DNA of 64,000 bases from assembly GCA_951406725.2 (NCBI GenBank), contig OX597840.1, forward strand, positions 2,480,001 through 2,544,000. The letters are read 5' to 3'. A program made the translations under genes and the position numbers. The stretch comes from Octopus vulgaris (Eukaryota). Below are positions 38,268 through 51,850 of the stretch, piece by piece; the first letter of the stretch is position 1, and each line of letters starts with the position of its first letter. The notes beneath the pieces are model-generated. The model was not told where the DNA came from. It searched no databases and saw only the letters and a program-made list of their open reading frames with translations.

Positions 38268-39848
38268 ACATGCATACATACATACATACATACATACATA
38301 CATACATACATACATACATACATACATACATACATACATACATACATACATACATACATACATACATACATACATACATACATACATACATACATACATA
38401 CATGCATGCATACATACATACATACATACATACTACATACATACATACATGCATACATACATACATACATACATACATACATACATGCATACATACATGC
38501 ATACATACATACATACATACATACATACATACATACATACATACATGCATACATACATACATACATACATGCATACATACATACATATATACATACATAC
38601 ATACATGCATGCATACATACATACATACATACATACTACATACATACATACATACATACTACATACATACATACATACATACATACATACATACATACAT
38701 GCATGCATGCATACATACATACATACATACATACATACATACATGCATACATACATACATGCATACATACATACATGCATACATACATACATACATACAT
38801 ACATACATACATGCATACATACATGCATACATACATACATACATACATACATGCATACATACATACATACATACATACATACATACATACATACATACAT
38901 GCATACATACATGCATACATACATACATACATACATGCATACATACATGCATACATACATGCATACATACATATACATACATACATACATATACATACAT
39001 ACATACATAAATACATACATACATATACAAACATGCATACATACATACATACATACATACATACATACATACATACATACAAACATGCATACATACATAC
39101 ATACATACATACATACATACATACATACATACATGCATACATACATGCATACATACATGCATACATACATACATACATACAAACATACATACATATACAT
39201 ACATACATACATACATACATACATACATACATACATACATACGTACATACATACATACATACATACATACTACATACATGCATACATACATACATACATG
39301 CATGCATACATACATACATACATACATACATACATACATACATGCATACTACATACATACATACATACATGCATACATACATACATACATGCATACTACA
39401 TACATACATACATACATACATACATACATACATACTACATACATACATACATACATACATACATACATACATACATACATACATACATACATACATACAT
39501 ACATACATACATACATACATACATACATACATACATACATACATACATACATACATACATACATACATACATACATACATACATACATACATACATACAT
39601 ACATACATACATACATACATACATACATACATACATACATACATACATACATACATACATACATACATACATACATGCATACATACATACATACATACAT
39701 ACATACATACATACATACATACATACATACATACATGCATGCATACATACATACATACATACATACATACTACATACATGCATACTACATACATACATAC
39801 ATACATACATACATACATACATACATACATTCATACATACATACATAC
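38268..39848. repeat. ~1.6-kb (TACA)n array with TGCA variant units
   Basis: Directly visible. Confidence 0.97.
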
Positions 39849-39849
39849 A

Positions 39850-39968
39850 AAGATACCCAGTAATTGGTGTTGAAATTCTAATGAAGCTGCCTTGAATCTA
39901 GTTTAGAAATCGGATCTTTCTCTATTGGCAAGAAGTATTGAAATAAAACTGAGCGATGACGTACATAC
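39850..39968 (+). mobile_element. 3' UTR tip of the (TACA)n-associated R4-like LINE
   Basis: TGTTGAAATTCTAATGAAG..CTTTCTCTATTGGCAAGAA..TGAAATAAAACTGA matches 42180-42265. Confidence 0.7.
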
Positions 39969-40087
39969 GTTCTTAGCTACATGTATACACAAACATATAT
40001 CCGGAGATTATACTGAAAAACTAACGGAAGTGGGGATAAGTTTTATGTAGAAAGATATAAGACGCTCAGTTTTTATTTTTTTATTTT

Positions 40088-40470
40088 ATTCTTTTACTTG
40101 TTTCAGTCATTTGACTGCGGCCATGCTGGAGCACCGCCTTTAATCGAGCGACTCGACCCCGGGACTTATTCTTTTGTAAGCCCAGTACTTATTCTATCGG
40201 TCGCTTTTGCCGAACCGCTAGGTAACGGGGTCATAAACACACCAGCATCGGTTGTCAAGCGATGTTGGGGGGACAAACACAGACACACAAACACACACAC
40301 ATACATATATACGACGGGCTTCTTTCAGTTTCCATCTACCAAATCCACTCACAAGGGCTTTGGTCGGCCCGAGGCTATAGTAGAAGACACTTGCCCAAGG
40401 TGCCACGCAGTGGGACTGAACCCGGAACTATGTGGTTGGTTAGCAAGCTACTTACCACACAGCCACTCCT
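40088..40470 (-). mobile_element. SINE family A, full length
   Basis: rc match to 4803-5215. Confidence 0.92.
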
Positions 40471-40524
40471 GTTGAATAACACCACCTTTATCTGAATGTA
40501 CTAATTTCCCTCAAATGGCGAACT

Positions 40525-41000
40525 CTTCCACTGTTTTAAAGTAGTGTCCTTCACAAGCGATGCATTTGCTCCATTGTGATTTAAACATTCAGATAGTTAC
40601 TGTCGAATCGACTTTCATAGCACTGAAATTCTCTCTCGCTTCATTCATCAAATCGTTGTTGTCAAGCACCGATGTCGTTTGATGGGAAGAGGTTCACTTC
40701 AGATGGCGCCATACCTGGGATGTACGATGGATGAGGAACCACTGTCCAATCAAATGAAATTAGAACATTTTCAGACTTCTCCTAATGACGCCCCTGCGCT
40801 TTTGACTATCTCAATCGCTTTAATAACACGGATACTCTTGTTAATCAAGGAGATCGATAACCTTATCAGTCTAATACATTGACAATGTTGTCATCAACAA
40901 AAGCAGTGACCATAATTTTCGGAGTATCTCTTTGCTCTTTTGAAGTTCTGAGACTTTAGATAAGTGGCCTGACCCGCATTCCCTGAACTTAACCTTCGTC
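40525..41000 (-). pseudogene. Degenerate mariner transposase C-terminal half
   Basis: WTVVPHPSYIPGMAPSEVNLFP corresponds to W...PHPPYSPDLAPSD..LFP; QWSKCIACEGHYFK is the C-terminal motif. Confidence 0.8.
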
Positions 41001-41256
41001 TATAGATCATGAACATGTCATGTTTCTGCCAGTGTTCAGAGATCGGGTGGGCGGGATTAAAATCTTCATTGGTTCCAGATGAATAAAATGAAGTCAGACT
41101 TTTGGGATAATACGGAATAATTAAATTATGTGACTATACAGAATACATAGTCGTTAGTGAGTGCAGGTAATACACACACTCATACATATATGCATATATA
41201 TGTACATATACACATACATATGATTACATGAGTGTGTATATATATATGTATATATA

Positions 41257-41562
41257 GGCGTGTCAGGTCACTTTCGAGCTGTTGGTAACATGTAAGCCAG
41301 TACAACCTGTTGCATGGTCGGGTCGTCGGTGACTACACCGGCAACCCCACCAAGATTGCTTGGTGAGGAGGGTGTTTATTGGACACCCTGCGGGATGAAA
41401 AACAAAAGCCGTCAAAGTGCGGAGGAACTCTTGAGAGTCAACGGCCATCCAATGAATGTCTTAAGGATGTATCATAAGCGGGGACATAGAAATAATCGGA
41501 CTGAACGGTTAAAGCATTGGGAGTGAAGGACTCCTATCCTTTGTTAGGGCATCCTTCTAGGA
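41257..41562 (+). mobile_element. RTE-related element 5' region
   Basis: Its 3' part is homologous to 38150-38250 (rc). Confidence 0.55.
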
Positions 41563-42272
41563 TGTATTCTCATGCATATAGTTGCACATCTAGACATACT
41601 CATATATGCATAAATGATAATTTGCTGGACAGTTTTACAGCTCTAGTGATGGATAGGATCTGTCGTCTTCGAATAAGCTTTCTCCTTTCTGGTTTTGAGA
41701 AGCCATATTTCTCAAGATTGGCATTTAGGCAGTGTGTTTATATATCCTAGGATCTCAGGATCCCAATGTGTATGTATGTGTATGTATGTATATTTATATA
41801 TATGAAAACGGGGCTTTCTCTATTGGTAAGAAATTTTGAAATAACAATGAATAATGACATACATACATACATACATACATACATACATACATACATACAT
41901 AATTATTGGTGTCCTGAGATATGTAACACACTGCCTAAATACCAATCTTGGGAAACTAGGCTTCTCAAATCAAAACCAGAAAGGAGAAAACAAATTCGAA
42001 AACTACAGATCCAATCCATCACTGGAAGTGTAAACCTTTCCAGAATTTTACCATTTTAGTATATATGAGCATGTCTAGATATGTACCTATATGCATGAGA
42101 ATACATACATGAAGCAAAACATACAGATCTGCACATATATATACATACAGGAATACAAACAAATATACCTTGATTTTGATGTTGAAATTCTAATGAAGGA
42201 GCCTAGGTTAGATACCGACTCTTTCTCTCTTGGTAAGAAATCTTGAAATAAAACTGAACAATGATATACATA
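41562..42272. mobile_element. Cluster of R4/Dong-like RLE LINE 3' ends in (TACA)n (- copy 41562-41767; + tip 41801-41860; + copy 41901-42272)
   Basis: IIGVLRYVTHCLNTNLGKLGFS/KPERRKQIRKLQIQSITGSV resembles the R4-clade C-terminus (IIGALG..L.KLG..LQ....GT). Confidence 0.65.
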
Positions 42273-42376
42273 TATGAGTGTGTAGGGAATAGAAAAGAAA
42301 TGGACAGGACAGACAGAAAATACATATGTGTCTATATGTATGCGTAGGTATATCGCTCTCTCTTTCTCCCTCCGTT

Positions 42377-42426
<50 letters not shown>

Positions 42427-42449
42427 ATACGTTCTCTGCATAAAATGTG

Positions 42450-42675
42450 TCTCTTTTACACTTTTACTCTTTTCCTTGTTTCAGGCATTTCACTGCGGCA
42501 ATGCTGGAGCACCGCCTTTAGTCGAGCAAATCGACCCCAGAACTTATTCTTTGTAAGCCAGTACTTATTGTATCGGCCTCTTTTGCCGAACCGCTAAGTT
42601 CAAAGCCAGCATCGGTTGTCATGCGATTTTGGGGGAACAAACACAGACACACAAACACAAACATATACATATACA
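42450..42675 (-). mobile_element. SINE family A 3' half
   Basis: rc match. Confidence 0.8.
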
Positions 42676-42959
42676 TATCTTGATATTGATATTGAATTTC
42701 CAATGAAGGAGCCTAGGTTAGAAACCTGCTCTTTCTCCCTTGTCTGCATAAAATATTTATATATCTTCATGTGATATATCCATTCCTATATATTTACATC
42801 ATATACAGAGATACAAAATCTATAAATATATATGTATGTGTGTGTGTGTGAGTGTGTGTACTCAGATATTTATGTTAATGTACCAACACATACAACAATA
42901 TATACAGGTATATGAAAACATATAACGAATGCATATATATACACACACACATATATATC

Positions 42960-43004
<45 letters not shown>

Positions 43005-43532
43005 GTGAGTGTGTGTGTGTGCATATAGTATTTTGCATATCGCTTTAAATCCAGAAGAGGAAGAATCAATCATGTTTTCTAATCATTACATCATTAAAGA
43101 ATTATTCTTCAGCTTCTGCAATTTTCTCTATATGCATATATACATGTATACATAAAATACATCCCATAAATATATACATATATATATATATACACATATA
43201 AACATATATATAATACACATATAAACATATATATATATATATACATATATATGCATATATGTCTGTGTGTGCATGTGTGTGTGTGTGTGTACAGGCATGT
43301 ATGTATAGCTCATTAAAGACCTAATTAACTATATTGATATGTTTCATACGAAGCATATTGGACATTGCTAGAAATTATATGTTTTGTGCTTCGTGTATAT
43401 TTTACTAGAATTTGATAACAACGTATTGAATATTTACAGAAACATAATCTCTCATTTTCTCTTTCCTCCTCACTCACCATTCTGTCTATATCTCTCTCTC
43501 CTCCTTCCTCTCTCTTTTTCTTCATATCACTC

Positions 43533-43609
<77 letters not shown>

Positions 43610-43943
43610 TTCGTCTCTCTTTATTTCATTCTCTCTGTCTTTCTCGTTGTCTGTCTTCGTGTTTCACGTTAAAACGCAAACTTTTTATCCGTTTCTGTCT
43701 GCCTCTTCACTCTCGTTCCCTTTTCTCTCTTTCTTCCTCAATTTCAGTCTCTCTACCCTCTCTCTCTACCCTCTCTCTCTCTCTCCTCTCTTCTTCTGTC
43801 TATCTCTTCAGGCCTCTTTGCATCTCTATGCTCGCATATCTTTTTACATATTTCTTGGTATCTCTCTCCATCCATGTATTGTTCCATCTCCCTCTATCTC
43901 TCTTAATCCCTCTCTTTCTCTATTTCTCCCCCCCTCTCTCTCT

Positions 43944-43978
<35 letters not shown>

Positions 43979-44069
43979 GGTCTCTCTACACCTCAATATC
44001 TAGCCCTCTTACTGTCTCTTTTTCATTCTTTCTCTCGCCATCTCTCCCCATACATACATCTACATCTAC

Positions 44070-44121
<52 letters not shown>

Positions 44122-44147
44122 ATGTATATGTATATGTATGTATATAC

Positions 44148-44180
<33 letters not shown>

Positions 44181-44212
44181 GGTATGTATATGTATGTATG
44201 TATGGATGTATG

Positions 44213-44245
<33 letters not shown>

Positions 44246-44271
44246 TTATGTATATGTATATGTATGTATAT

Positions 44272-44317
<46 letters not shown>

Positions 44318-45019
44318 ATGTATGGATGTATGTATGGATGTATGTTATTTCTTTATTGCCCACAAGGGGCAATTTATGGATGTATGTATATATATATATG
44401 TGTGTGTGTGTGTATATGTATGTATGTATGTATATATATCTCTCTTTGTCTCTTTATCCAACTCTTTTACTCACTCTCATTCAATCTACCTCTGTCTCCT
44501 CTCTCTCTGTCCCTCTCTTTTTTTGTCCCTCCGTCTTTCTCTCTCGTATATGTATATGCGTGTGTCTATGTGTGTGAGTGTGTGTGTTTGTCTGTAGCTC
44601 TCTCTCCCTTACACTTCTCTATTCCTCTATTTCTCTCACTTTCTCTCATTGATTCCTTCTCTCCTCATATTTCTCTGTTTTAACACAACTTCCTTTACCC
44701 TTACTCTTTATTCTGTCTATCTGTCTGTCTGTCTCGCTCTCTCTTTCTCTCTCTATCTATCTCACTCTTTCTCCTTTTTGCTCTCTCGCTGTCTCTCCCC
44801 CTCTCCGTTTATTAATCTTTCCCTTTGTCTTTCTCTTGCTCTTGTCTCTCATCCAATGTAACTTGCTTTTTCACAACGACCTAAACCAGTCGGGTTTTCT
44901 CTCTTCGCGCAGGCATTTACTATTTCGATCTCTCTTCCTCAGAATTAACTTGTCCAGTTTGCCACTCTCACTCAAGGACCCTTCTTTCATACATCGCTAT
45001 TCCGCCTGTCCTAAGTATA

Positions 45020-45672
45020 TGTTTCTTTATTGCCAACAAGGGCCTAAACATAGAGGGAGCAAACAAGGACAGACAAAGGGATTAAGTCGATTACATCGAC
45101 CCCAGAATAATATCACTCGAAGATGTATTTGCCAGGGGTAAAAAATTCACGGGGATATTCTGGGAATATTTATGTTTTTGTTGATACAACATATTTCAAT
45201 ACATGTCGATACATACTTGGTGATATTTCCTTTTGTTATTCTTATTTTTTATTTCTTATATCTTTACTGTCAACATGGGGCTAAACATAGAGGGGACAAA
45301 CAAGGACAGACAAAGGGATCAAGTCAATTACATCGACCCCAGCGCGTAACTTATACTTAATTTATCGACCCAGAAAGGATGAAAGGCAAAGTCGACCTCG
45401 GCAGAATTTGAAATCAGAACGCAACGACAGACGAAATACCTATTTATTTACTACCCTCAAGGGGCTAAACACAGAAAGGACAAACAAGGACAGACAAATG
45501 GATTAAGTCGATTATATCGAACCTAGTGCGTAACTGCTACTTTATTTAATCGACCCCGAAAGGATGAAAGGTAAAGTCGACCTCGGCAGAATTTGAACTC
45601 AGAATGTAACGGCAGACGAAATACCACTAAGCATCTCTCCCAGCGTGCTAACGTCTCTGCCAGCTCACCACC
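45020..45672 (-). mobile_element. Cluster of three SINE family B copies or fragments
   Basis: Fragments at ~45020-45105, 45255-45440 and 45441-45672. Confidence 0.85.
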
Positions 45673-45849
45673 TTATCCTGTTCTAAGTATAACCCCATGT
45701 ACACAGGACATATTCGTCTGCAGAAGACCTGAAAGAGAAAACCGCAAGCAGGTGTTACAACGTAAGTTTTTAAAGCTAGATTCAAAATCCCTAATACCGA
45801 TCCGGACAAATGGAATGTTAGTTGGATAGTTATTGATCCGTCCTTGTGA

Positions 45850-46390
45850 GAAAAAAAATCGGAGAAAATTTTTTGGTATATCATTTGATACAGACGCCCT
45901 ACCCTTTAAAGGCTTTTCTGCTCATTGCAAAAGCCCTCACAGACAGAATGCAAAAACGTCCGTACTAACCATAAATATGTTAACCTCTTCAAACCACATA
46001 ACCTTAAATAGGCTTTATTTGTACAGTTTATATGAAGAATATTATATTTTTAAAACCTACTTTATGTACCGAAGTCCCTTGTTTATGTAAATGCACCAAC
46101 ACAACCCTATTTAATAGGCTCTATATTTCTGTTGTATACCAAACATTGTTTAGCTCAATAAATCTATAATATGATACACAGTAATATAGCCAAAGCAAAC
46201 TTTTATCGATTTTGCAATCTCAACTCTTCGTTCGGAAGCGCAGATATACAGAATGCAACGAAAATCACTAACCATATGTCGTTATAGAAGGAAGAATTAT
46301 TCAATATATATCGTTAACTGGTTTATTGTAGAGAAATCAAAACCGATTTTAGATGGCAGCAATAAATTTGACGTATGTGCAGCGGGGTAT
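45850..46390 (+). pseudogene. Highly degenerate Penelope-like linker/GIY-YIG relic
   Basis: Frameshifted NHKYVNLFKPHNLK/IGFICT, RFCNLNSSFGS..NATKITNHM and VNWFIVEKSKPILDGSNKFDVC echo the PLE motifs HK.FN...K.SYSC, RF.NH..SF..N.T.LS.H.W and I.W.I.....PY..G...C.LC. Confidence 0.55.
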
Positions 46391-46866
46391 TCGAAGAACA
46401 GAGTGGTCGTAAAAGCACACGACACTGGGAACTATATTTAAATACTAAATCTGAAATATTCGGAAAATGCTGACACACGCATTACTTTATACGATACGCT
46501 GAATACAAAACCTTTGATTTTGTAAATGCGAGTGAGGTTAAAGGCAGGATTAGGGCTTCTGTTCATTACTATATATGCACATATTATTTCGTAATTGTTT
46601 CAAATACATTAATCAGTTTGGAGTCATTAATCTTGTATCATTCTACTATGGAAATACAGTTAGGTGCATTTTGTCTGGAGTTGCATTAGCGCTTTCCATT
46701 CTAGCATTCCTGACATACATTGTGCTGGAAGCTTGTGAAAATCAAATAAACTATAAACCGGTTGTGTTCATATTAGTATAGAGACCAATACTTCTACTTA
46801 TATCGGCTGCTCCGTAAATCGCAAGGGGTGCTTACGTATCCACTATTTTTCCTATAATTTATGATA

Positions 46867-47268
46867 GGCGCAGGAGTGGCTATGTGGTACGTAGCTTGTT
46901 TACCAACCACATGGTTCCGGGTTCAGTGCCACTGAGTGGCAACTTGGGCAAGTGTCTTCTACTATAACCTCGGGCCGACCAATGCCTTGTGAGTGGATTT
47001 GGTAGACGGAAACTGAAAGAAGCCCGTCGTATATATGTATATATATGTGTGTGTGTGTTTGTGTGTCTGTGTTTGTCCCCCTAGCATTGCTTGACAACCG
47101 ATGCTGGTGTTTTTATGTCCCCGTTACTTAGCGGTTCGGCAAAAGAGACCGATAGAATAAGTACTGGGCTTACAAAAGAATAAGTCCCGAGGTCGAGTTG
47201 CTCGACTAAAGGCGGTGCTCCAGCAAGGCCGCAGTCAAATGACTGAAACAAGTAAAAGAGAAAGAGAG
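46867..47268 (+). mobile_element. SINE family A, full length
   Basis: Match to 4803-5215. Confidence 0.92.
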
Positions 47269-47415
47269 ATACATAGATAGCCCGAAGTTTTAGTGACCCA
47301 CGGACAACAATGTTAAATTCGATTTGGGACATCATTTGGGTCGCTAAACCGTACTTAAAAACAGATACGGATGTAGGCTTTGCTGCATGGAGCTTTTGGA
47401 AATTTTAAAGAGATC

Positions 47416-47714
47416 TGTTGTATAGGGAAACTGTATACCCCTCCCGGTAAAAACTGGTGGGATAGGAAGTAGCCATTATAAATAGACCAGTAGCCAGTCA
47501 TAAAGAGGGGGGTCAAGAGTCGAAGAGTTGAGAGTCGACAGTTCTCGTCGATGTCTTGTGGAACTATCAGCGATAGTAAGACAGAAGAAGTTAGTGCATT
47601 TCTATTCCGATGCGAAGAGATACAACGGTATCCGATAACTCGTAACTATTCTGGCTTCTAGTGTAAGACAACAACTACAGTACAACGGCAATCACACATC
47701 ATCACTTTACAACA
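47416..47714 (+). mobile_element. 5' LTR of a Ty3/gypsy retrotransposon
   Basis: TGTTGTA...TACAACA inverted termini, internal TATAAATA, followed by PBS-like TGGTGACGAGG at 47716-47726. Confidence 0.85.
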
Positions 47715-47858
47715 GTGGTGACGAGGAAAAACAAATTTACGCGGAGTGAAAAGAAAAAAGATATTACACGGAGTGTTTAAACTAATCCACTTGGAAAATT
47801 AAATAGCTCGACAAAAATTAAACAAACTTTTTGAGCAAACATACGAACATCGTAAAAT

Positions 47859-48695
47859 ATGGAAGACTCGTTAAGTGGGTTAGTGAGCTGTAAAAACAGT
47901 AACAATAGCAACACAAGGAACAACGAGAACAACAGCAAGGATTGCAGAAGCAGATATTATAACTAATGAAGCTGAGGGACAAACCGGTGGATACATTTTC
48001 GCATGTCCATCTAGCAAATTCCATAAGCGAATTCAATTATAACCCCGAAGAGGCTTACTTTAGAAGATTTGAACAAATTTTTGAAAAAGCATTCCAGGAT
48101 TGGACGGATGAAAGGAAACTGCGTCTAGTTTTAAGAAAACTAGCGACAGCAGAGCATGAGAAGTATACTCTTTTACTCTTTTACTTGTTTCAGTCATTTG
48201 ACTGCGGCCATGCTGGAGCACCACCTTTAGTCGAGCAAATCGACCCCGGGACTTATTCTTTATTTGTCAGCAGAAGTTTGCCATTACCTTCTGCTGGAGC
48301 CGCGTGGAGCTTAAGTGTTTTCGCTCATAAACACACACATCGCCCAGTCTAAGATTCGAACCTGCGATCCCTCGATCACGAGTCCACTGCTCTAACCACT
48401 AGGCCATGTGCCTCCACATGGTAAATTCATATTTCGAAAACATTGTCCGGTATAAATTTCACCGACACAGTTGAGATTTTGAGGAAAATGTTTAGTGTAA
48501 AAGCAAACCGTTTAATAAAAGATGCAAATATTTAAACATAGAAAAGTGCAAAGATGAAGATTTCACTACTTACACAGGCAGAGGAAACAAAGAATGAGGG
48601 AGATTCAGGTTGGATATGCTTACTCCAGATTCCTTCAAGTGTTTAATTTTGCACAGAAATTGAAAGGAAAATGGGATGCTGAAATCCGAACGAGG
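47859..48695 (+). pseudogene. Ty3/gypsy (Mag/K02A2.6-like) gag relic interrupted by SINE pieces
   Basis: LANSISEFNYNPEEAYFRRFEQIFEK..WTDERKLRLVLRKLATAEHEKY [insert 48165-48420] INFTDTVEILRKMF..DEDFTTYTG..LTPDSFKCLI..DAEIRTR. Confidence 0.8.
48165..48415 (-). mobile_element. SINE C head (48415-48266) joined to SINE A tail (48261-48165)
   Basis: Both halves match the family copies and lie in the same orientation. Confidence 0.8.
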
Positions 48696-48834
48696 TAATG
48701 TCCACATTACCTCGGATATACTTGTTGCATATTTTGATTGTAATCACCCCATGGATTTTTATGGATAATACCATACAAAATTCTGGTGCCTTTGGCTTAA
48801 GTACCATATTCATCTGAATCTAAATTTTGCTGAA

Positions 48835-48905
<71 letters not shown>

Positions 48906-49157
48906 CAAACGATGAATACCTTTGCGTAAACCATGGTCCGTTTTGTTCTCTTACTTTATTATCATCTTATAATCATCTCATAATAATGACTTTTATGACT
49001 CGTATTACTACCTCAGTCAATCTAAATGTACATATTTGTCGTTACTTGCCATAAATAGCCTTTTTTTTTTATTTGCAACGTGCATTTTCGTTGATTTTTC
49101 ATATTTTATCCTTACGTTTCCACGTGTATTTTATATTTTCTTTTCGTAACATATTTC

Positions 49158-49196
<39 letters not shown>

Positions 49197-49209
<13 letters not shown>

Positions 49210-49475
49210 TTCGAGACAAAACCACTATTTTGCAAAACAAACAAGGAAAGACCTAATCAATACATAAAAATTTTTAATATAAAGAAATAAACGATTGTAG
49301 TGGCGGTTTATTTCTTTATATTAAAAATGTTTATGTATTGATTAGGTCTTTCCTTGTTTGTTTTGCAAAATAGTGGTTTTGTCTCGAATTAATATTATAT
49401 AATATTTTACTATAAAATTGGATTTAATCCTAAATCTGATCTTTTCCCTGTAAATTTGGATTCCTAATTCCCTTA
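49197..49475. mobile_element. (TA)n-flanked element with 96-bp fold-back
   Basis: Arms 49197-49292 and 49306-49401 with 1 mismatch. A short related fragment lies at ~12402-12432. Confidence 0.75.
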
Positions 49476-49486
49476 TTATTATTTAT

Positions 49487-49565
<79 letters not shown>

Positions 49566-50399
49566 TATGTAGTTCAATGTTATAATTGGTACAAGGCTCG
49601 TAATTTTGATGGAAGGTAGAAGTTCACTACATCGAAACCAAGTGTTCAACTAGTACTTATTTTCTCGACACTTGTATGATAAAAGGCAAATTCGAACTCA
49701 GTTCAGATAGCAAAGAACTGAACCGAAAGAAATTGTGATAATCATTTTGCCGGAAGCTACAACGATTCTATTATCTTATTGCTCTGTATATATATATGCA
49801 TTAGATTTTTATTCATTTCAGAATGATATCACTTCGACCAGGCAGACAACCATCTTTCACAACGTAACCACGGTAACAAGCGAGAGAAATTTCAATAAAA
49901 ATATAACGTTAACCGTTTTGTATTTGTAAACATATCTCTCTCATTTAGTGTTTCCAATGTTGATTTGTTTTCAAAGTCAACACTAATGAGATTACGTGAT
50001 CGGATAGAGGAGATCACCAATTCCGATTCTATTTGCCATTCCTTAAACTCTTCCATTACATGAAACTGGTCACGTCTCTCCAAACAATCAACTAACGTTT
50101 ATTGTAAAGGCTTTTCCCGTTTAACTTTGCAAAAAGAATTGATGTGCTGCCATTTTTAAAAATAACACATCTTCATTCTCTACGTTTGCCTTTCTGACTC
50201 TGTGTGTGTGTGTCTCTCTCTCTCTCTCTCTCTTTCTCACTCTCTAAATCTCTCTCTCTCTCTCTCACTTTCTTTCATTCTTTCTCTCCTTTCCACGCTG
50301 CCTGTCTATCTGCTTCTTTCTTTCTCTCTCTTTCTCTCTCTCTCTATCTCTGCCTCACTATCACACTCTTTATATAATTCGGTCTGTGTATGCATATAT

Positions 50400-50440
<41 letters not shown>

Positions 50441-50445
<5 letters not shown>

Positions 50446-50575
50446 ATGAAAACACAAAGAGAAAACACAAACATGAAAACACAAAGAGAAAACACAACAA
50501 CGCGAGGACGTGGAACAAGTATAGTATTATTGGACGCTCAGGAAAGAAGGATAGATCCAAGGAAGGGAAGACGGA
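50441..50575 (-). mobile_element. P2 element with the hammerhead segment deleted
   Basis: Matches 17926-18090 but lacks ~18010-18066. Confidence 0.75.
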
Positions 50576-50595
50576 GTCAATGCTCTCTCTCTCTC

Positions 50596-50701
<106 letters not shown>

Positions 50702-50702
50702 G

Positions 50703-50740
<38 letters not shown>

Positions 50741-50906
50741 CTTGTTTGATTGTTTGACTGATTAACAAAGCGCTAGATCGATGAAAAGATAGATATATTC
50801 ATACATATGCACACCTGACACTTGTTAAACCAAACACACTCAAATATCCACCTGCCTATCCAAATATTTATCTGTATAACTGCTTACACGTCTATCTTTC
50901 TATCTC

Positions 50907-51560
50907 ATTGAAAAGTTTAGAGACAAACACTTTCCTCTCTGGCCCACCTCTCAACCTTTTCAAGTATTACTTGAAAAGGAAGGTGAGAATAGAGAGTGAC
51001 GTTTTGTCCAAAGAAAAGTTTTACAGAAGGCGGGTGAATATGGCAAGGATGGTCCTATAAAAGAAGGAGAGAAAGAGCGCTTTGCTCTCGTTATTGCCTT
51101 TTTCGTTTCGGAGGTTACCGTGGTTCTTTTCCGTAGGATTTTCCTTCCGCGGATCTATCTATCTATCCACTCAGTCGTAGTCGACTCTCGGTTACTTGTT
51201 GGATCAGTGTCCTCCAGTCAGTTCTATCCTGGGCCGCTTCTTTCAGATTGGCTACGTCCATTCCGGTATCACTCCTGATGGTGTCAAGCCAGCGGGTTCT
51301 TGGTTGGCCTCTTCCTCTCTTGCCACTGACCATTCCGAGCATGATGTCCTTCTCCAGGGATTTTCTCCGCGGATAAACCTAGTCAATGTTACATATACTC
51401 CCCCTTTTGAAAACTCTCAGTGTTAAAAACGACACTTTTGTTATTTCCTTGTGTACACGTCCGAAAATGTTTTCAATCCCTTTTGATCGTTTTCGGAAAC
51501 AAAAAATCTACATTGTGTTGTTCCCTCTCTGTTTGGCCCAACATGGCTAGTAAAGAAATC
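50907..51560 (+). mobile_element. Older Tx1-like LINE 3' fragment
   Basis: GAGACAAACACTTTCCTCTCTGG..GGGTGAAT..GCAAGGATGG is homologous to 27940-28090. Degenerate TATC on both flanks. Confidence 0.75.
51155..51360 (-). mobile_element. RTE/BovB-like LINE 3' end with (GATA)n tail and TSD
   Basis: SLEKDIMLGMVSGKRGRGQPRTRWLDTI..LKEAAQDRTDWRTLIQQVTESRLRLSG* (51360-51163, uninterrupted). TSD TCCGCGGAT at 51146-51154 and 51366-51374. Confidence 0.9.
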
Positions 51561-51777
51561 TAAGTTTCTATCCATTTATCTATTTATTTGTATACCTGTA
51601 TATCGACATACCTCCCTATCCATTTACCTATCAACAAACACGTGTGCGCCCGCAAACACACAGACACACACAAATTAATCTATCTTATTTATATACCTCG
51701 TTATGTATATTTCAACCAAACAATCTTCTTCTTCCCCCTCCTTCTCTGTATCTTGACATATCTATTTTATCTATCTG

Positions 51778-51850
<73 letters not shown>

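Noticed and set aside
38190-39895. Long HTYI/MYVC ORFs up to 485 aa
   Set aside because: (TACA)n lacks stop codons in most frames.
39872-39920. Hammerhead-like CTAATGA..GAAA motif in the R4-like 3' UTR
   Set aside because: G5 is missing in all copies (CTAATGA/CCAATGA) and stem II is inconsistent.
49892-50083. 63-aa normal-composition ORF in unique sequence
   Set aside because: Non-ATG start, no recognisable motif or splice signals, and the length is compatible with chance.
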